A model generated the notes under the pieces. That model saw nothing but the letters and a program-made list of their open reading frames with translations. It was not told the DNA's origin and ran no database searches. This document shows positions 13,288 through 26,720 of a stretch of 64,000 nt of DNA, one piece after another. A program made the position numbers and the translations under genes. Numbering within the stretch: the stretch's first letter is position 1; each line of letters starts with the position of its first letter. Source of the stretch: the human T2T-CHM13v2.0 reference genome, Homo sapiens; the NCBI RefSeq assembly GCF_009914755.1, contig NC_060927.1. The stretch is one strand, 5' to 3'.

Positions 13288-13320
13288 CATCATCTGACAC
13301 CTCCACTTCATCCTTCGGCT
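13288..13320 (-). CDS. MYLK: MYLK micro-exon (~25), acidic linker
   Basis: 33 bp, ccccccccag|AGCCGA...GATGATG|gtgagt; encodes EPKDEVEVSDD; phase 1-1. Confidence 0.94.
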
Positions 13321-16090
13321 CTGGGGGGGGCACAAGGAAGGACAGAGAGGACACAGGTGATTAGTACTGAAGGCCCACTGAGAGCAAGATGTGCTGGGGG
13401 CCCTGCCAGGCCTCAGCCTCCCCAGGCAGACGACTACCAGGTCCAGAGCTCTGGGCATCCCCTGGGGCTGGTCAGTCCATATAGCAAATAGGGCCCAGTG
13501 CAGACTGGCAGGTGCCAGCCTCCTCCCTCCACTCAGCTCCACTTCTCCACCAGGTCTCCCCTCTGTCCCATCCTCTCTAGCCTCATGGTCCCCAGATATA
13601 CCCTTCTCCACATCTCATCCAACCCTTTCTGACTTTCAGAACCTACACACAACTGTGACAGTCTCTTTCTGCCCTGGCTCAAAAGTCAGCAACTTATAAC
13701 TGCTTCTAGTGTCAAATCCATGTAGCCATTCATTGAACATTGTTGACGGCATCCCAGCACTGGACCAAGCATCTTGAATGCCAGTTATTGTGGGCATTCA
13801 AAACATATTACACAGAAGGCATGGTCTCTCCTTTCTTATAGCTTATAATTTAGTTCAAGAGGCAAAAACATATATACTTGAAGTAACAATTTACAAAGTG
13901 TACCATAATCACGCACATATCACCATGGTTCAAAGTGAATACACAACAGAGGAGGGTGACACAAAATGGTGCAATTGTAAGTGAGAGCAATTATTCTTAG
14001 AAGAAATAGCCTTTGAGTTGCGTCTTACAGGAAATGATGGAATACAATGAAGGCGTGAGTGATGTCACACAAATGAAACCAATAGGTATTTGTGAGGCAG
14101 GGCAGGGAGGGACACAGTCATGCCAGCTGCTCCCATGGCCGTGTCAGGAGTGAACAGGGTCCGGGGAACAGGAGGGGTTCCCCGGAACAGGGGGGCATCC
14201 AGCACAGCACGCCCACTTCAGAGCTCCAGGCCTTCCTTTGCCTCGATACAGGTTTGTTTGTTGACAATCGAGCCACTCTGGCTTCCTGACCTTGGCTGAT
14301 TGCCTTTCCCTTCCTGGGCCTTGGTTTCCCCATCTGTAAGAGGAAGGGTTGCACCTGATGTCTCTGGCCCTGGCTAGCTCTGGATGCCACGCTTCGTCAT
14401 GTGCTGTGTGTTCCTCAGCCATCGTCTGGGCTGCGTCCTGGCTGACAGCTGGACAATGAATGGGAGGTTTCCCAAGGAAGCAAAACAAAGACAGGAGAGA
14501 AAGCATAGAGGGAGGAAAAGGATTTTTAAAGTGTGAGTGTGTGTGTATGTGTGTGTGTGTGAGAGAGAGTGGGCATATGAGTGTGAGTGCGGGTGTACCG
14601 GTGTGAGTGTGAGTGTGAGTGTGTTTAGAGTTCTTAAAATGCTGCTGACAAAGCTTAGTTTTTTTAAAAAAAGACTAAAACTAAACATGAATGGGATTGG
14701 AAAGTATATTTTATCACAGAAAGGAAGCTGCCATGGAAAAATAAAAAAGGATGAGATAGACAGGGACACCCAGATAGTCTAGCTGAAGTATCAGAGGTGG
14801 GTTTCACGGTTACTGTCGGGATGTGGGCCTAACTGGTCAATATTCCTAAATCCACATGTTGGAGAGTTAAGAGTGGCATTGTCCAATTCACAGGTGGAAA
14901 GGATGACCTGAGAGCAATGCAACTAGAAGCCAGGAATGGAGTTAGTGTTCAGGAGAATCTGATCATTCTACCTTTTAGGGTGGTGAACCCTAAAGTCCAT
15001 AGTTAATACCCAAGACAGAAACAGCAGCTCCTCAATCTACTGCTTGGGCTGTCAGATGCTGTCACAGGGCAAAGTGTGCATGGGCCCCAAACAGGGGTGA
15101 GTACTGGGTAGCTGTTGAGAGCGCCCTGGGTGCCTGCCCTGGAGCTCTGGCTGTCGGCAGTCCAAAAGCCACAATGGAGCTGGAGGTGGCAAGCAAGACC
15201 ACTGAAGGGAAGGGCTATGTCTTAATCAGAAAAGGTGAGGCCTCTGAGGTTGGGAAAGAAGTCTAAAATGGACATGACTTTAAAGAGAATCACACAATCG
15301 CCAAGGATGAGATGAGAGTTTCAGACTTTTCATCAACTCATGACTACTGCATCTTGGGGGAACCATTTAGTGTTCTACCTCACGTAGGAGGAAGGCTGGA
15401 GGGATATGGAACTCACACATGAGAAGTACCACTAGAATAATAAGTATGTTCAATAGACATTTAGGTTAGTTCAGTGATGATATTATAAACAGGGTTTTAA
15501 GAGAAGCAACAATATTGGAGTCAATGAGTGATGGGACACCAGGTGGACCAGTCACTGGACTAGGTCTTCGACACAGAATCATCCTATTTACTGTCAGGGA
15601 GGCCCCTGTCTTGACCTGTGGTGCTGCTGCCTGATATAGTGGTTCACCAGTTGAGTCATCCTTTATTTCTTGTTCCTGTGCCACATTTTCCCGGCGTGGC
15701 ATGGAGACCAGTGTATTCCAAGCAGCAGAGTGAGAGGGAAAGGAGAGGGCAGCTTTCCTGGCCTGGTGTCAGGAGAAGCAGTCTTGCCAATGGCCCGGCA
15801 GCAGGAGGCTTTCCCTGCGTGCCTTGAAGGGGGCATCCAGTCCTAGAGCTGGCCCCTGCCTGTCACTGTGAGTCCAGGTAGACAGCCACAGGGCCAGCCT
15901 CTGGCCTCACTCATGAGCCCACATCCATGCCTCACCTTCGCCTCTCACCCCAGAGGTCTGTGGCAGATCTGATTCTCATGCTAATGCTCTGGGGGAAGGA
16001 CCTAGATCATTCTCAAGGAATTCCAGCCCCTCTTTCTAGTGCACTGTGTTCCTTTATGCTGCAGGAAACTCGGATCAAGAGTCCGGACTA

Positions 16091-16217
16091 AGCAGGGAGC
16101 AGTGGCAAGTGCCTGTAGTCCCAGCTATTCGGGAGGCTGAGGCGGGAGGAATGCTTGCGTCTAGGAGTTCAAATCCAGCCTGTGCAACAGAGTGAGACCC
16201 GATCTCTTTAAAAAAGA
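16091..16217 (+). mobile_element. FLAM_A-type Alu monomer
   Basis: gcctgtagtcccagctattcgggaggctgaggcgggagg...gtgagacccgatctctttaaaaaag. Confidence 0.85.
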
Positions 16218-18111
16218 GAAAGATTCCAGGCTGCTACATCCCCTTCTGCTTTTCCCTTCTTGTCCTGCCTCTCTTCTATTTGACCACAAGGGGAGGAGTG
16301 AGAGAGAAGTAGAGGAAAGACCACAGTTCAATTAGCAGAGCTCTTGGTGCATAAAGGGTTGTTGAGAAAGGTGAACTGGTTTCCATCTTTCCACTAGGGA
16401 AGGGTCTTCCACTGAACTTAAAAAAAAAAAAAATCTGTTCAGAATGAGCTATGAGATCCATGAGCTAAGTGGAAGGCTATTTGGAAGATGGTTCTGAGAT
16501 ATTTCTGCAAACAGATGAGAGTCTCGTTACCCTGGAGTGTTTGGGAGAGGATCAGCTGAGTGCTCAGGACCCTCACATGGCACAAGTCCAGTCAGTCCCC
16601 TGGACAGAGAATTGTCCCTTCCTGCAGCCAAGGACTGTTGCACACCCAGAGAACACTAGAGGGCACCCCCGCCCCGGAGACGGCCTCTGAGGCCAGGGCG
16701 TAGCTGCAGCCTGGGATGGGAGCGGTACAGGCTTTATATCTCGAACTGTCCTGGGGGTTGCAAGGAGGCTCCAGTTCTGCAAGAAGCCTCAGTCACAGTA
16801 GCTGTTTTGCTAACAATTATACAGACTAGAACAAATTAGGGTAAGGAGCAGGGATGGAGTGGATTTGAGTGACAGCAGGATTTGAGGAGGAGTACAGTTC
16901 AAGACCTGGCTGGGCTGGGAGGGAGCGGGGCTGTGGTAAGGTTCTGGCTCTGTGCACTTGGGTTTGGGAGTACATTGTCAGTTCAGGGACCCTAGTCTTA
17001 GGAGTGGCTCTGGCATAGAGAAGCCACTGGAGCTCCACGGGGAACCCATGCTTTGTCCCCCAGTGTATCCCCAGTGCCCATGGCAGTGCCTAGAACACAG
17101 GAGGGGCACAGAACACATGGTGAGTGGATGTGGGATGAGGGCTAGGGTACCAACAGGGATGCAAATGAGGCATGAGAATGAAGTAGAAGAGCGAGAGGCA
17201 GGAGTGGCAGTGGCTGTGGTGGTAGTGGTGAAGGTCAGAGCCAACATTAGCCGGGCTTCATGGAGTGTGGGTTAATCAGCACTGCCTTTTTAATATGATC
17301 CCACCCCATCTGCTCCACAGAAATGACCTACAATGACCTGTCACTTGATCCCACCTCTCTGCCAACACACACACACACACGTGCGTGAACACACACGCCA
17401 CTTCCCTGAGAGCCATTTCCCTCTTCAGCAGAGGGATGGCCTATGAAGCTTTATAACTAACAAGCATCTGAGCAGACCGTGGAGGACTTTTGCCTGGAAT
17501 CCCCTCAACCAGAGTCCTCTGCCCTGAGGCCTAACACTTGCCAACTGTTCTGCCCTCTTCCTCCTCCCCCTTGGTAATCCAGCCAGCCTCAGCTGGGGAG
17601 TAGCTTCCTGTCTGGAAGCCCTGGGTGGACTGGACTCCTCCTCTGGATTTCAAGTGATTTCAACATTGCCCTTTGTCTATTCCCAGCTGGGAGGGGTGGC
17701 AGCAGGGGAGGGGAGTCTGAAGGCCCAGAGAGGGTTCAGCGGGCTGATGGCAGGGAACAAGGGAGAGGCCACTTGCCCCAGACAGGCAGTCACAGCTCTT
17801 CCTCCTGGCAGAGTCTCCACACAGCCCTGGGAGCAGCTGTCCTAGACCCCTGGGGGCCACACCTTGTAGCTCCCGTGGCCTCTGGTCCTGCTGCCTGGGG
17901 TTAGTCGGGGATTCTCCAGTCTCTCCCTCTTTACACCATAGCACAGACCTGGATGATTTCCTTTCCAGCCAATGAACATCTTCACACTGCAATCTTACTC
18001 CTTTTCCTGTCACTTTTCCAAGTAACATCCTAACACCACAGACTGGAACTTGATTGCCCCCCTGGGACCCACACTCTATGCAGCCCCCACTCTGCTCATT
18101 TCAGAGGGATG

Positions 18112-18112
<1 letters not shown>

Positions 18113-18163
<51 letters not shown>
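18113..18163. repeat. (TG)25 microsatellite
   Basis: Perfect TG run. Confidence 0.97.
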
Positions 18164-18167
<4 letters not shown>

Positions 18168-18844
18168 AGACAGTGATGGCAGTTTTGTTACTCAGTGTCC
18201 CCTGACAGACATTTGGGAGTGGCTAGTGGTTGGGATCCCTGCGAAAGCTGTCCCAGGAGCAGGCATCACGTCTCCGTGACTTGCACCATAGCTCTCAAGG
18301 AGACCTGCTCTATGCATATTGACATGGCTCAACGGGTAAAGGCCGCCTGACACACAGCTGCTAGCATAAAATTGTAAAGTTGGTATGTTTCCCATTGGTA
18401 CCCTAACTTTCTTTCTTTCTGGAGCCCTTGTTTAATTGAAAGTAAAATTTTAATACCTATTTTGTACCTAATTTTCAATTTTTTTTTCAAAACTAAACAG
18501 GGTCATTGAATCAGATGACAGTTTCCATACTCACGATGGCTCTAGCTCCCTGGTGATGCCAGGCCTGCTCGCTTTCTCGCTTTCTGAGCTTTGCTCAGGT
18601 TCACTATTTGCCTCACTTGATTTCTAATTCCTTGTAATTAGAAGAAGTCAAATACATTCTCACCTACTGATCAGTTTTGGTTTTCAAGTGACATTCTGCA
18701 TGTGGAGCTCAGTCTCCTTTGATACTTGAGTCTTCTACCATCTGCCTCACAACTCTACATTCTCCTGTCTCCAAGAGCTCTCTTCCCTTGATGTCCCTCC
18801 ACCTTCTCCTAACCCCCAACTTTTTCTTATCCTATATTCTTTAA

Positions 18845-19152
<308 letters not shown>

Positions 19153-21259
19153 CTTATCCTAAATTTACAATGTCCTTTTCCTGTTCTTCACATAAAACTT
19201 CTTGAAATAATATTCCATGCTTCTGGCCTCTCTTTCTTCCATTTATTCCTTAACCAGGGCAACCATCTTTTCACTCAGTGGAAACTCTACAGACTTGGAT
19301 CACAAAGATCACTACCAACCAAAGGACTAAATCCAAAGACCCTCTGAGTCCTCATCTCCTTCATTTTTATTTAGCATTGGATGCAGTTTATGAAGCCCTC
19401 TTTGCACCTTCTCCCTCCCCTGTTTCTTTGAGACTCCAGCCTCCTCTTGGTTCTCTCCCCTCTCAGTCCTTTCTCCTGGTACTGCAAGTTCCTTCTTTAT
19501 GGTGTTGGTATTGACTTTCTCTACCACACTCTCTGTAACCTTATCAATGCCCATGGTTGCAATTATTAATTAAATAGTGAAGACTTCCAAGCCTGCCACA
19601 CTAGCTTAAACCTTTCTCCTGGGCTCTAGACCCAACAGTCTTAGGATACCTTCCCTCGGCTAGCCCTTAGATGCCTCAACTCAGCAGGGCTGAAACCGCA
19701 GCTCCCCTCTCCTCCCAGACTGTTATGTAACCTCCAAGTTACTCAAGTCAGGAACCTGGAAGACAGCCTGACCTCTTCCCTCAGTCTAACCAAAGGAGCA
19801 CAAGCTTCAGGCCAGACAGCTCTGAGTTCAAGCATCAGTTCACCAATTACAAGCTCTGTGACTTTGGGCAAGTAGCTTCTCCCCTCTAAATCTCATTTCT
19901 CCTATCTGTAAAATGAGGGTAATAACAGTATCTGCTTCATTGGGCTATTGGGATTGGATGAAATGATGCATATAAAGTGATTAACACATCGTAAGCTTAG
20001 AGTAAGTGCTCAATACATGTTAGCCATGGTGAATTATAACAATAAACCTCTAGCTGGCTCTTGAATTTGTGTTCAGTTACCCCAGCCAGGAACTGTAAGT
20101 CATCTTAGAATCTTCCAGTTCTCTTCCTCAACTCACTATGCAAAAAGTCATCAAGTATGGTCACTTCTACCTCCTGAGGCTTGAAGTTCGTGCCCTTTCC
20201 ATCCCTCCCCTGGACTGTCATCCCAGAGGCCCATCTGATATGGCTGACTGCAGTCTCATCTCCTCTGACCCACCCACCACTCCAGTGCTTCTCAAATGTT
20301 CGTGTGCATCTGAATCCCCAAGGAGTGGATCATTTTCAGTCAAGGCCCAGAAGGGCCTGGGGGAGTCTGCTTGCTAAGAAGCTCCCAGGATGCCAAGGCT
20401 GCTGGTCCACAACTGCACTGTGAATAGCAAATCCCTGCTTTTTCCCTAGTTCTCTGAAAACCAGCTCTAATCGTCTCGATCCCCTGCCTGAGAATCTTTG
20501 ATGAACTTCACAACTTTACCTAAAATGCCCTTTTAGTCTTACTTCCTCCTGTTCTGTCTCACACAACATATGCCTTGGCCACACACGAGCATCTGAAAAT
20601 GTCACACACTGCCATGGCTTTGTAACCTTTGCTCATGCTGTTTCCTCTTGTAGAGTGCCTTTCCTTATCTTCCCTGCCTTTTAGAATCCTATCCCTTTTT
20701 CCAAGACTCAGACTAAGTGTCACCTTCTCCAGAAAGCCTTCCTTGGTCTCCATGGAAAAATGCTCCATGCATTTTGTTATGTCCCCTTGGTTCTTTTTTT
20801 ACCCAGCTATAATAGGATGCATCCCTTCTCATTATAGTTAGCCATACACACCTCTCTTCCTCTAGATTTTAAGCTCCATGTCTTATCTTTGTGTTCCAAG
20901 AATCTGACACCAAGTAGACACTCAAATATGGATACAAGAGGAGAAGAGAAGGGGTGGAGGGTGGAAGAGGAACATGAGGCCGCTTGAACTCCTATGCTCC
21001 TGAGTAACATACCATCACCCCCTGGTGGCAGCATGCCAAAATTGCTGGTTCAATGTTTTTTGAAATGTCCTAAGTATTAATACTTTTTTTGAAGAATGGC
21101 TCAACATCACTGTCTTGGAAACCAAGACCCCAAAAGACCCTGCCAGTCATCATTAATGTTTCCTCAGTTCCTTTTCACCCCTTTCAGTACAGTCTTTACA
21201 TACACAAGGTCAGTCACGCACATTTGTTTCAAGCCACTGATGAAGTGATGGCAGCCTAC

Positions 21260-21562
21260 CTTCAGGTTTCTCTCCTACCGTTGTGAGTTCAGACTCCTGG
21301 CTTGGCTCACTGGTTCCATACACGTTGATTGCACGTACACGGAACTTATATTCGTGGTCAGGCAGCAGGTCCTGGACGTTGAAAGAGGTGCTGCGGCATG
21401 TGGCTAGTTCCTTCCACGTCTTGTTGGCTGAGTCCCAGATCTCGATGCTGTAGGACTGTACAGCACTGCCCCCATCATATGAGGAGCCATACCAGGACAG
21501 GGTCAGTGAGGAGCTCCGAATGTCAGAGGCACAAGGTGTGCCAGCTGGGGGGTCTGGCTTAT
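21260..21562 (-). CDS. MYLK: MYLK exon (~24), fibronectin type III domain
   Basis: 303 bp, cccag|ATAAGC...CCTGAAG|gtaggc; encodes DKPDPPAGTPCASDIRSSSLTLSWYGSSYDGGSAVQSYSIEIWD...YKFRVRAINVYGTSEPSQESELTTVGEKPE. Confidence 0.97.
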
Positions 21563-24500
21563 CTGGGGATAAAGAAGCACAACATCACCCACACTTTCCA
21601 GAATTGCAGGCAAAGGAAGTTTTTGAATTACCTGTGTCATGGGGGGAAGGCAGCCTAGAGAACCCAATCCAAAGTCCCTGGTCCTGCGTCTCTTTCCCTC
21701 ATCCGCACATCACAGTTAGAGCTATGTACAAACCCACCTGTACGGAAAGCCCCATGTATAATTATTTGCTCCAAAAAAGGCCCCCTCGCTTTTTTTTGCT
21801 AGTTTTCCAGTCTACATGCAAGTCACGATTTCCTGTACTTTGCCCAAGTCATAAACATATTTGTCAGAGTAAACAGATCTAGGAAGCTGCCCAGAAGGCG
21901 TGGACTATTTCCTATCGAAAACATGTTTTGAGAGAGAGAGTTCAGCATGAGTGTGTGTGTCTGTCCTTCAGGCCCTTGGCCAATGACCTGTGACATAACT
22001 AGGGGTCTGCCTCCACTTTCTCTGGGTCTTGAGAAATGCCTGCCCCACCAAGGGGTGGTATAGCACAGTGTTTGTGCTCTGAAGTCAGACAGATTCAAGT
22101 TTGAACACAGATCTGTCCCCACACAGTAGCTGTTAATTGCCCTGAGCCTCAGTTTCCTCATCTGTAAAATGTGAATAACAACAGCACTTGTATCACAGGT
22201 GGTTGTAAGAAATTCTTAGAAGAGTGGCTGGCTTGACTAGTCATTACTATCAAGATTATTGTAGGAGTTTATTTCTAACTTTATATACTTAAAAATTACT
22301 CCTACCCTACCTCTTTTATTCTCAGAGGGCTGTTGAGATATAAATAATTTCAAAAGCAAACCACAATAGCAAATCACAGCCATCCCTGACTAATGGACAG
22401 AAAATGAGCTGAGGACACAAATAAGAAGTGGCCCTTTTGGCTGGCTGCCTTCTCATTCAGATGACCTGGCCTCAGAACTAGCAGTACTGCCAACTTCAAG
22501 TCAAATCATGGTAGCCAATACTTTAATGAGGCTCTTGAGTTTTGCTGATTTTATTAGTTGCTTATCTGAGCAAAACTCTCCTATTTTTCAGATTTAGTTT
22601 TTGCAGATGGTTGGTTAGTTACAGATATCTGTGTTGTGTTCATTAACCCTTCATCTCCCCCAATGCTGTTTGATTTCATGAAGCCTCACAAACTAGCAAT
22701 TGAAACCATGCTTTTAAGCTATGTCAACCCCAGCAAATTTGAAACTGGTTTGTTTGCCTGGCTTTCTCATTCAGAGAATGGTGCTAATATGTTCCTACCT
22801 CTTAGGGTTTTTGCAAGCATCAAGTAAGCAAACATAGATAAAGTACTTGACCGCTACTCTCCCACCTCCAGCAAGGCAGGAAGGCCAAAGGCAATGGCTG
22901 CAAATGACCCTGTGTATATGGAGAAGAAAAATCTGCATGTATATACATGTGTATATGAGTATATATACTCATACTCATATTCATTCTTGTCCCCTCTCCC
23001 AGCCCTGCCGATCCACATTCCAGCCCAGAATGCACTGCCCAGAAACTGTCTACCCCAATAACCAAAGCCCTGGGAATGATTCTGGGATTGTGACAGAGCC
23101 ACTTCCCAGTGCTGGCAGTCATGCCAGAGGCCTCCTGTGATGGAAGCACTTTCACTGGCTGTTTAATATGTTCTCTTAGAAAAACTGTTTGTTCTGAGAG
23201 ATATATTGGCCTTTTTTGAAACATTTCTGGTTTTGGCTAAGATGTTTATTACTCTAAACTCTCTTAAAGACAAGTGGTTCAAGTCCTCTCAAGACCCAGC
23301 TAAGGAAGTAAAAAAACCTGAAGAGGGATGGAAGACAGACCCACTATTCCTCCCAGAGAAGACTGCCTGGAGACCATGTGATTGGCCACAGTTGGAGTTG
23401 TGTGGGCTTATAAACGAATGCACTCTGCCAACTGATCTTCCTTCTGCTTTGGTCAAGAAAAGAAAACTGAGAAATGGGTGTTGCAGAAGAGGTGCCATTT
23501 GTACCCTACCCTGTTACACATGTCTCTTGGCTGAAAATGAGAACCTATACATGACATATGTGATACGTAAGACTTGTCACACAAGAGAAGATGCAAAATT
23601 TGGGGCGAGGGACTTTAATTCCAAGTAAAACTCCAACATTTTTAAGGAATTTGCTACCAAATTAAGGAGTTCAGAAAAGACCCAAGTCAGAAGTCCTAGG
23701 AGATTGGAGGCCTCCCACTCCTCCACCTGCCTTTAGAGCTGTGGGCTGCACCTAATGCTTTCTGTTCTTTCTAAGCTATGAGCCCCATGCAGTGGCTGAA
23801 CTAGTAAAGGGATGAAAACTGTCAGAAAAGAACAGATGTCCTTAGAACAGGGAGCTCCTGTGAGCTTGTCCTCCACGGCGACACACTCAGACTGGGAGGG
23901 AGACCCTGGGCATCTCTGGGCAAAGGAGACTCCACATTTCCTCTGAATTCTCCCAGGGCTCCCTGGAGGCTTGACTAACAGAATAGGAAACTCAGCTCAG
24001 TCTAAGACAAGAGTCTCCAGTGGCACCAGCTCCAGGATTTTCTCCTCAGCAAATGTTCTAATTTCCAGGAAAATGGAGGATCCTGTCCTACAGCTTCCCA
24101 CTAGAGTAACTGCTCTTGAGGTCTCTTGGTCCTCGCTTATTTGAAGATGACCAGTGGCTATGCCTAGCCCCACCTGGATGTCCCTTCCCTGGGACTTCAG
24201 CAGCTGCTGGAAGGGCCCCCACATGTCATCTACCTGGATAATCCTAGCCCTTGGGAAATGGGTCCTCAGCAGCTAAGGCATTTTGCTTATCAAGAAAACC
24301 CAGTAGTCAGTGGCAGAGCCAAAAGGAGATTCCAAAAAGCCTCTGGACCCTCGCTCCAGGGCTCAAGACTTTCCAGGCTATCAGGCAGAATGAGCTCAAG
24401 AAGGCATCTTGCTTAAGCCTGAGCTGAGCATTAAGATGGGAAATCATGCAAGCTCCAAACTCAGTTAGTATTTGGGGATTATTGGGTATTTGGGGTTCTC

Positions 24501-25281
24501 TCTACTTTGTTTTTCTCCTTTAAAGATATGAAAAGAGACCTGCTTTTCTCGTGCTGGGTGAGTGACCTTAAGGAATCCATCTGGGTATGCTGCTCACTGT
24601 CCCCTCCCTTATTCCCCACAGGCCAAGACCAGGGGCGCATGTGCAGGAAGAGGCTCTGAGCATTGCAAATTCCTGGGCTGCCTTTTAAAATATAATAATA
24701 ATAAGTCTCCAAAATAGCTAAATATCACTCATTTAAGCTAACAGAGGGAAAGGCTAGTTTTTATTATTGTTTGAAAAATAGGAGCCAGAGAGGATCTGAA
24801 AAGAAAGTGGCCCTTTAAAGAATATACAATAAGAGAAGTTTGCTGCTAACAAGGAGGAGTTGTATTAAACTGGCCTTATTTAGCTGGTCTGTAAATGCAT
24901 GAAAACTGTCCGGAGCAGACCAAGTGATTCCTGTTTTACCTCATGTACATTTTACATCTGCTTAATAAACCCTGATCAGGGAATACAGAGATGTCCCTGA
25001 AGATGCACAGGTAAATCTGAGCTTCATCCAGGTTTACTTTGAACTAATTCTAAGTGTACAGGCTCTGAATGAATGTGGCTTTGCTGTATCCATCAATGTG
25101 AGTCCTATTTTATTGAGCAATTCTATTCTTAGTTCTTTGAGGGGGAGGCAGACAGAAAGCCTCGGTTCTCCTCCATTCCATTCCCCTCCCAGGACGGCAT
25201 TTAACATGCTGCTCCTGCCAGCTGGCAGACAGCCACGCCAATGGCCCTGTCAGCACTGGCTGCAGAGAATAAGAAACTAAA

Positions 25282-25291
25282 CCATAAAAGG
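25282..25291. promoter_or_regulatory. Consensus CArG box CCATAAAAGG beside a CpG-containing patch
   Basis: Exact CC(A/T)6GG in non-repetitive DNA, followed by cagcccgcgcag...gtgcgtggcactgcgcag. Confidence 0.45.
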
Positions 25292-26545
25292 CCAGAACTG
25301 CAGCCCGCGCAGTGGTGATCGGAGGAGGGGAGTGCGTGGCACTGCGCAGGAGCTGGGCATCGTGGGGGCTGGGGGGAGGGAGAGCTTTTCTGTAGAAAAG
25401 CAGTTCAAAGAAGCTGACCCCAAAGTTGCTTAAGGAGGAGCAGATGAGAGAGAACATCAAAGAAAAGTTTAAACTGATGCTTGCTGATAGGACGGGAGTA
25501 CAGGGCCAAATCAGTGCTTCAGAACAGATCTAAATGTACCAGTAAAGTGGATCACTACCACCAAGCCTCCACAGGTTCCTGACTCCTTGGGAGGAAATTA
25601 TTCAAATAAACACCTGGAGTCACCAAAAAGAGACAGAGTGAGAAAAGGGTTGTTCTTCTCCTTTAGAAATGAAAAACCCATTCCCTGACCCCTTTGTACA
25701 CCAGTCTTCCCCGATCTGAAACTTCTAACCAAAAGAAACAAAAGAACAGGGTCAGAGGAAGGAAGACAAAGGGAAAAGAGGGGACATGGGACAGGGTGAC
25801 GGACACTGAGAAATGGCTGAAACAGAACACAGGGTAAAGAAACAAGGCCAGGGAGAGGAACAGAGCAAGAGAGAAGGTAAACAGAAATATGGACAACTGG
25901 GGGTGGGGAGTGGATGCTGGAGCTCAGTCCTCTGTGAATTCCCTCTCCCGGGTCCCCTGTGTCCAGGGACAATCTTCCAGGGGGCTTTGCAGTACTTCCT
26001 CTCTGGGGAGTCGGGCCAGGGTGTGGAACCTGTGGTCTGTTCTGGTAGCTGGCATGGGCATAGCTCATTGGCCACCTCATTTGTCTTCCCAGCTCTGTAT
26101 TACTTTGACCTTTATCCTCGTGTCTTCCTTATTCACCTGGTTGGACAAGGACTTCTTCTTCCCCAGCTGCTTAGGGGCTGAAGGGAAGTGCTACAGGGCT
26201 TCCTAAGGCTCAGCATGAGAAAAATGGAGGCACAGACATCAACAACTCTCTGGCATGTGGACAGCTCCCCAAAAGGCTTGCATGTCTCCCCTCAAGATGA
26301 GTTTTGCAGCCAGAGTGTTCCTTTACCTTTTGGGACATTCTGTACCTACTTCACACTCCCATGAGTGGCACTGGAGGACAAGTGTTTGAAAGTTTAGAGC
26401 TAGTTCCCACTTAGCCTCTGATGCACTATGTTACTTTGTTCAGATTAGGCCTCAGTTTCTCCTGCATAAGGCTGGAAACATCAGTCCTGTCCATCCTAGT
26501 CCTAAGGTGATGATACGAGATGAAGATAGGGGAGAAAAACTGCTT

Positions 26546-26720
26546 GAGAACTAAGTCAGGGAATCACAGAATGTCAGAGAACAAAGTCAAGGAATCACAG
26601 ACCACCAGAGAACAGAGGTGAGGAACCATAGAATGTCAGAGAATAGAGTCGAGGAATCAGAATGTCAGAGAATAGAGTTGGGGAATCATAGAATGTCAGA
26701 GCTACAAGAGACCTTAAGAG
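26546..26720. repeat. Degenerate ~31-bp tandem repeat (about 5 units) from a MIR3-like end
   Basis: Repeated gaatcacagaatgtcagagaac / gaatcatagaatgtcagag units. Confidence 0.75.

Noticed and set aside
26546-26720. CRISPR-like array
   Set aside because: Eukaryotic intron; units are degenerate and contiguous, with no unique spacers.
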